This document shows positions 59,412 through 64,000 of a stretch of DNA of 64,000 nucleotides, one piece after another. The notes beneath the pieces are model-generated. The model was given only the letters and a program-made list of their open reading frames with translations. It was not told the origin of the DNA and ran no database searches. Numbering within the stretch: the first letter of the stretch is position 1; each line of letters starts with the position of its first letter. The translations under genes and the position numbers were made by a program. The stretch comes from a virus (Duplodnaviria > Caudoviricetes), in IMG/VR virus record IMGVR_UViG_3300020576_004326, positions 22,919-86,918 of that record; one strand, written 5' to 3'.

Positions 59412-59897
59412 ATGACGAATAGGTTCTGCGACGTAGAGGTGGGGTTCTATCACCCGAAGCCCGAGTTTCGTCCCGTGCAGATGACCGCGGGCTCGTCGGG
59501 ATTCGACCTGCGTGTGTGGCACCCCACGCAGACTGCGTTCTCGGTAGAGGCCGGGAAAACGCTGCTGGTCCCCACCGGCCTTCGCATCGTTATTCCTCGC
59601 GGCTTCGAGGCCCAGATACGAATGCGCTCGGGCCTGGCGCGGCGGGGCGCGTTCTTCATCCCCAACTCGCCCTCGACCGTAGACTCGGACTACAGGGGCG
59701 AAGTGTTCGTCCTAGTCTACGCCCTGCGCGACGTGTCGTTCTACGAGGGCGACCGCATCGCGCAGCTCGTCGTAGCGCCGGTGGTAGTGCCGGGGTCGGG
59801 GCAATACAACGCCGTGATAAAGTACCTGGCGTCGATAGAGGACGCCCCCGAGACTGAGCGCGGGAACGCGGGATTCGGTAGCACTGGAACAAGGTAA
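59412..59897 (+). CDS. dut: dUTPase
   Basis: SSGFDL, RSGLA, TVDSDYRGE, RIAQLV, RGNAGFGSTG. Confidence 0.93.
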   Translation: MTNRFCDVEVGFYHPKPEFRPVQMTAGSSGFDLRVWHPTQTAFSVEAGKTLLVPTGLRIVIPRGFEAQIRMRSGLARRGAFFIPNSPSTVDSDYRGEVFVLVYALRDVSFYEGDRIAQLVVAPVVVPGSGQYNAVIKYLASIEDAPETERGNAGFGSTGTR

Positions 59898-59907
59898 GGA
59901 GAGAAGC

Positions 59908-60624
59908 ATGGCACAGAGTAGAGCAGACAACATGAAGCTGGTCGGTACGATCAAGCAGATGGCCCGCGCCGTAATCAAGAAGACGCTCACTGCGACGGCG
60001 GTGAACGTGATCGACCCTTCAGACATCGACGCGAAGCTGGAACCGATCGGCCTCGACGCCGACACGCTGGCGGCGGCCAACCACCTCGAGGCCGTACTCG
60101 CGAGCGTGGTCGACCTCTCCGCCGCCGAGCCCTCAGTCGTGCTCGTCGCGGCGGGCAAGCTGCTGGCTAGGTTCGGTACAATGTACAGCGAAGACCCCGC
60201 CGACGACGCCGGCGACGAAGCAGGTCCTGTCAACGCCGTCTTCACGGCAGCGGCAGGCCTCGTGCTCGGCATCGACTCTTTCGTCGCCGACGTAGCTTCG
60301 GAGCAGGAAGAAGACGGAGAGGAGGACGATGCCGACTTCGAAGACGACGACTCTGAAGGAGAGGAGGTCGACAACACCGACGACGAAGACGAAGACGATG
60401 CCGACCTCGCCGACGACGAAGACGACGAAGAAGAAGTCGGTCACGTCTCGCGACCGATCCGCACCGCGGCGTCCGACTCGGACGAGGAGCCCACCAGTTT
60501 TGTAGACTTCGAGTCGAGCAAGAGCACGTCGGAGCCGGAGGCTCCCGCCGAAGAAGAGCTGCCAGCACCGAGGCCCGCAGAGCGCGAGAAGCGCATCTCT
60601 GACCCCGAAGGGCCGGCGAAGTAA
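59908..60624 (+). CDS. hypothetical protein with acidic C-terminal half
   Basis: GGAG RBS; D/E-rich low-complexity region. Confidence 0.6.
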   Translation: MAQSRADNMKLVGTIKQMARAVIKKTLTATAVNVIDPSDIDAKLEPIGLDADTLAAANHLEAVLASVVDLSAAEPSVVLVAAGKLLARFGTMYSEDPADDAGDEAGPVNAVFTAAAGLVLGIDSFVADVASEQEEDGEEDDADFEDDDSEGEEVDNTDDEDEDDADLADDEDDEEEVGHVSRPIRTAASDSDEEPTSFVDFESSKSTSEPEAPAEEELPAPRPAEREKRISDPEGPAK

Positions 60625-60674
60625 ACTACACGAGAGCGGGCCCTCCAGCCCGCTCTTTCTCGCGGAGGTACGCA

Positions 60675-61685
60675 GTGAAGATGCGATTCGTGGGCGACCC
60701 CCACATCGGAAAGATGTCTACCATCATGGGCGACGACGTGGGCCTGCGCAGGCAGACGCGCCTGCTGCGCGGCCTGCTCAAGAGCGCCAAGCGCGACGGC
60801 TGCACCCACGCCTGCATACTCGGCGACCTATTCCACGGCCCGCACCCCGTTCAGGAGGAGCTGGTGGCCGTGATCAAGACGCTAGCCGCCACCGAACTCG
60901 AGGTGATCGTATACCTGGGCAACCACGACGTAGACGACAACGAGAGTAACTCGTTTCGCCTGCTGCGAGAGCTGCCAGAGGCCGGCGCGCTCAAGCACGT
61001 CACGTTCGTCGAGGAGACGACTACGCTGCGCATCGACGGCGCGCGCGTCAAGGTAGTGCCCTGGAAGAAGCGGTACTCGGCAGAAGACTTCTCGGGTCGC
61101 TACGACCTGCTCCTGTTCCACGACGGCGTAGTCGGCGCGAAGGGAGACAACGGCCGACCGTTCACAGAGGGCCACGGCATCCCGCGAGCCTCGATCGGAG
61201 ACTCGATTGCCGTCTCGGGCCACCTGCACACGCCGCAGCGCGTCGGCACCATCCACTACCCCGGCACCCCAGTGCAGACGTCGTTCGGCGAGAAGCTGCC
61301 CAAGCGCGTTAGTACGGCTACCTGGTCGGGCGGCGTAATGAAGATACGCGAAGAAGACTTCGATCCGCCTTGGGTGCTGGAGCACGTAGTCTTCGATCCC
61401 GCGTCTCCGCCTAAGTGCGACGCGGCGGGTACGCTCTACACGCTAGACGTGTCGAAGGGTGCGCCCGGCAGCAGGTGGCTGCTAGATCACCCCAAAGTCG
61501 TGCGCGTGAACACGGGCACCAAGCGCAAGTCGGCCGAAGTGTCTAAGGTGGTAGAGCTGACGCAGAAGTCGGAGGGCGCAGACGACTCGGAGCTGCTCAC
61601 GCGGTTTCTGCGTAGTCACACGTCGCTGTCCCAGCTGCAGCGCGCGCGAGCCGTCAAGATAGATCGCAAGCTGGGTACGGAGTGA
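60675..61685 (+). CDS. Mre11/SbcD-like metallophosphoesterase nuclease
   Basis: GDPH, GDLF, GNHD, FHD, SGHLH, YPGTP..SFGE. Confidence 0.88.
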   Translation: MKMRFVGDPHIGKMSTIMGDDVGLRRQTRLLRGLLKSAKRDGCTHACILGDLFHGPHPVQEELVAVIKTLAATELEVIVYLGNHDVDDNESNSFRLLRELPEAGALKHVTFVEETTTLRIDGARVKVVPWKKRYSAEDFSGRYDLLLFHDGVVGAKGDNGRPFTEGHGIPRASIGDSIAVSGHLHTPQRVGTIHYPGTPVQTSFGEKLPKRVSTATWSGGVMKIREEDFDPPWVLEHVVFDPASPPKCDAAGTLYTLDVSKGAPGSRWLLDHPKVVRVNTGTKRKSAEVSKVVELTQKSEGADDSELLTRFLRSHTSLSQLQRARAVKIDRKLGTE

Positions 61686-62284
61686 GGAGAGAAGCCATGC
61701 AGACGTCGCGTAGAACGATAATCACGGGGCTCGTGTCGCTTATCGCGGCTCCTGCGGTCGTGAGAGCCGACAGCATCATGCCCGTCAAGGCGTGGAAGCC
61801 CTATCGCGTGGCTCCCGGCCTGTACATCTACAACGACGAGGGATTCCTGACGCGGTTCATCCCTCGCGCAGAGGTAGTCGGATCGTGGGCCGGCTACATG
61901 GCGTCCACCAACAAGATGGTTCTGGCGATGCCTGACGGGGAGTGCGCCACGTTCTACGGCAGCCCTCTCCGCGACGAAGTTCGCATAGAGATTGCTGGAC
62001 CGCCCGCGACGTTCTCGCACCTCGATGCGGCGCGAGGCAAAGAGTCGCCGATATGGAGGCGATGATGACGAAATCACCCGACGCTAAGTACCGAGTTCGC
62101 TTCGAGCCCGCAGAGTGCTCTCGCGAGGCCTGCCGCGACCCCGAGTGCCCCTACACGCACCGCGACTTGTACACGGTGCGCGTTATCGAAGGCGTAGGAG
62201 ATAAGCAGCGCGAGACGTTCTACGACGGACCCTTCGCCTCGCAGCAAGAAGCTACCGACGTGGCGCGCAGGCTAGAGCGGGATC

Positions 62285-62452
62285 ATGCGTGAGCAGATCA
62301 TAGCGCTCCTCGAGTCGCTGCCGCCAGACAGGAAGCTGTCGGTAGGAGACAGGGAGGCCAAGATAGTCTGCCCGAACCCGGAGCACGCGGGGGGCAACGA
62401 GGCGAACCCCTCGTTCGGCATCTGCATCGAGGAGGGGCCCAAGCTGGGCTAG
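62285..62452 (+). pseudogene. orphaned original 5' end of primase (55 aa)
   Basis: MREQIIALLESLP...CPNPEHAGGNEANPSF; a second copy starts at 63738. Confidence 0.8.
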
Positions 62453-63688
62453 TTATGCACGTTCTAGTATCAATCTTTTATAGTACGATAGACTCTTACG
62501 AAGTCCTGCGCACAGCAATATCTTTCCTTTCTTATCTAGTACGACGCACACGAATCTAAAACCGGCAAGGCGACACGCCTTCGCCTTCGCTAGCGTTTTC
62601 GACCACATATAAGGGAATGTCCATGTAGATTTTACCTCATAGATCGTCTTGTCCACAACGGCATCAGGGAAGTAGCGCCGTTTGCGCCCTCGATACTTGT
62701 ACGATACGGGTCGCACCCTATCACCAGATAGAACACGTTTAGGTCCGTGACGCCTAACGAGTTTTCGCAGAAGCGGCAGCTCGTATCCTTGATAGACGAA
62801 TGTTACACCCGCAATCACGGCGATCTTTGATGACTTCATCGATTTTTGCTGTCGCGTTAGTATCTCGACACTGTGCATAGGCGTGTCTACGCCGTAATTC
62901 TTCTGTAACGTCTTTACATACCTACTACGTATGGTTTTAGATTGGTGCGGGTAATCTACACCATAATTCTTCTTCAGCGTAGCTTTCGCTTTGCGCTGTA
63001 CGATTTCCGACTTTCTTGGATGGTCAACGCCTAACCTAGCAACGCAAGTGTCGCGATAGCGCTGCTTCACTTTTGGAACGCACATCACAGATTTGAAGCC
63101 GTATCGCTCCAAGCACGTCTTCTTCGTCTTTTCTGCGATGCTCTCATTGGCGCATGTTGCGCAGCAAAATCTACGGTATCCCCTTTCGAGCGTTCCAAAG
63201 TTAGTAACATCTTCGCATTTCTCGCACCGACCCACTCGGCGGTCAACGTACATGTGATAGATCACTTGCTTCGGACGAACCCTGAGACGTTCTGCTATAC
63301 GAACGATCTTTTTCCACCGATCGCGTCGGCCAACTTTCTGGTTTAGACCGCGTGGGTCGACTCGTCTGATGAACAATTTTTCAAGCTCTTCGATGAAAGG
63401 CAGATGAGGCCGGGACCGATTTGGTTTTCTACGCGAGACGCCCCTGTTCGCACATTTATTTGAGCAGAACTTCTTGAATCCTTTCTTATATCCTAAGAAT
63501 CGCGTATCTTGTCCGCAGATCAGACATACACCGTGTTTATTTCCCATAGCCAAGTAAAGATTCTTAGAAAGACTCGGACCTTGGATTTTATCAAATAGCC
63601 GGGGTTCCAATCTTTTTACGACCGCAGTCAAGTTTCTGCCACGGATGTCCCCTACGTTTAGAACCTTCTGTAACTCGGCGTAGCGCAT
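62453..63688 (-). CDS. putative homing endonuclease (K..YG repeats plus PD-(D/E)xK domain)
   Basis: GGAGGA RBS; Cys clusters; KTCLERYG/KKNYGVD repeats; YFPD...IYEVKST; AT-rich. Confidence 0.8.
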   Translation of the reverse strand: MRYAELQKVLNVGDIRGRNLTAVVKRLEPRLFDKIQGPSLSKNLYLAMGNKHGVCLICGQDTRFLGYKKGFKKFCSNKCANRGVSRRKPNRSRPHLPFIEELEKLFIRRVDPRGLNQKVGRRDRWKKIVRIAERLRVRPKQVIYHMYVDRRVGRCEKCEDVTNFGTLERGYRRFCCATCANESIAEKTKKTCLERYGFKSVMCVPKVKQRYRDTCVARLGVDHPRKSEIVQRKAKATLKKNYGVDYPHQSKTIRSRYVKTLQKNYGVDTPMHSVEILTRQQKSMKSSKIAVIAGVTFVYQGYELPLLRKLVRRHGPKRVLSGDRVRPVSYKYRGRKRRYFPDAVVDKTIYEVKSTWTFPYMWSKTLAKAKACRLAGFRFVCVVLDKKGKILLCAGLRKSLSYYKRLILERA

Positions 63689-63737
63689 CAAATCCTCCAC
63701 TTGCCTTCTAAACCCTATACAAATTGGTTGGAGTCGA

Positions 63738-64000
63738 ATGAGAGAAAGAATACTTGCCCTCCTAGAATCTCTACCTGCTGATCGCCGCGTTGATGTACGG
63801 GGAGATTCGGTCTGGCTCGTATGCCCAAATCCAGAGCATGCCGGCGGCAACGAAAACACACCATCATTTAGCATTTCACTGAGCGATTCTAAGATGGGGA
63901 TGTCTCATTGCCACGGATGCGGCGCCGGTGGCGGCTGGAAGACTACGTGCAAGCTGCTGGGCTTCACGGGCGGCGCCAAGTCGCTGCAGGTTAAGCGGCC
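63738..64000 (+). CDS. DNA primase, N-terminal zinc-binding domain (runs off the window)
   Basis: CPNPEH...PSF...CHGCGAGG CHC2-type Zn motif; GGAG RBS. Confidence 0.7.
   Translation, partial: MRERILALLESLPADRRVDVRGDSVWLVCPNPEHAGGNENTPSFSISLSDSKMGMSHCHGCGAGGGWKTTCKLLGFTGGAKSLQVKR

Noticed and set aside
60270-60440. GAC/GAA-rich periodicity as a repeat array or CRISPR
   Set aside because: It simply encodes an Asp/Glu tract. I saw no constant repeat with unique spacers anywhere in the window.
7534-61385. Many long minus-strand and alternate-frame ORFs rich in Arg/Ala
   Set aside because: They are shadows of high-GC3 plus-strand genes, with no motifs or RBS. Only 62453-63688 and the 24393-24557 remnant are supported on the minus strand.

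Overview
This window is part of a large, GC-rich, tailed-phage genome, with almost all real genes on the + strand. An EcfG-like sigma factor, a KGG stress protein and an HU-like protein suggest an alphaproteobacterial host (inference). It holds the terminase large subunit, a nucleotide-metabolism block (dcd, tandem dNMP kinase, thyA, DHFR, dut, UDG), and DNA modification, replication and repair genes (NAD-dependent ligase, 5'-3' exonuclease, Mre11/SbcD-like nuclease, primase start, RNA ligase, PNK). It also has one tRNA-Val(UAC) and many small hypothetical genes. Two themes stand out. (1) A likely DNA hypermodification pathway: a CmoA-like carboxy-SAM synthase, two C5-cytosine transferases with the motif-X Asn->Arg change expected of carboxymethyltransferases, and a glutaminase-less Asn-synthetase-like amide ligase directly downstream of two DUF1611 paralogues. 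This points to 5-carboxymethylcytosine carrying a further, possibly new, amide-linked group. (2) Homing endonucleases keep their host genes functional in five different ways: cis inteins, a split intein (terL), a group I intron (thyA), recoded replacement gene ends (four cases), and a DNA ligase cut in two whose halves gain heptad-repeat helices. All calls come from motif recognition by eye; no database searches were run.
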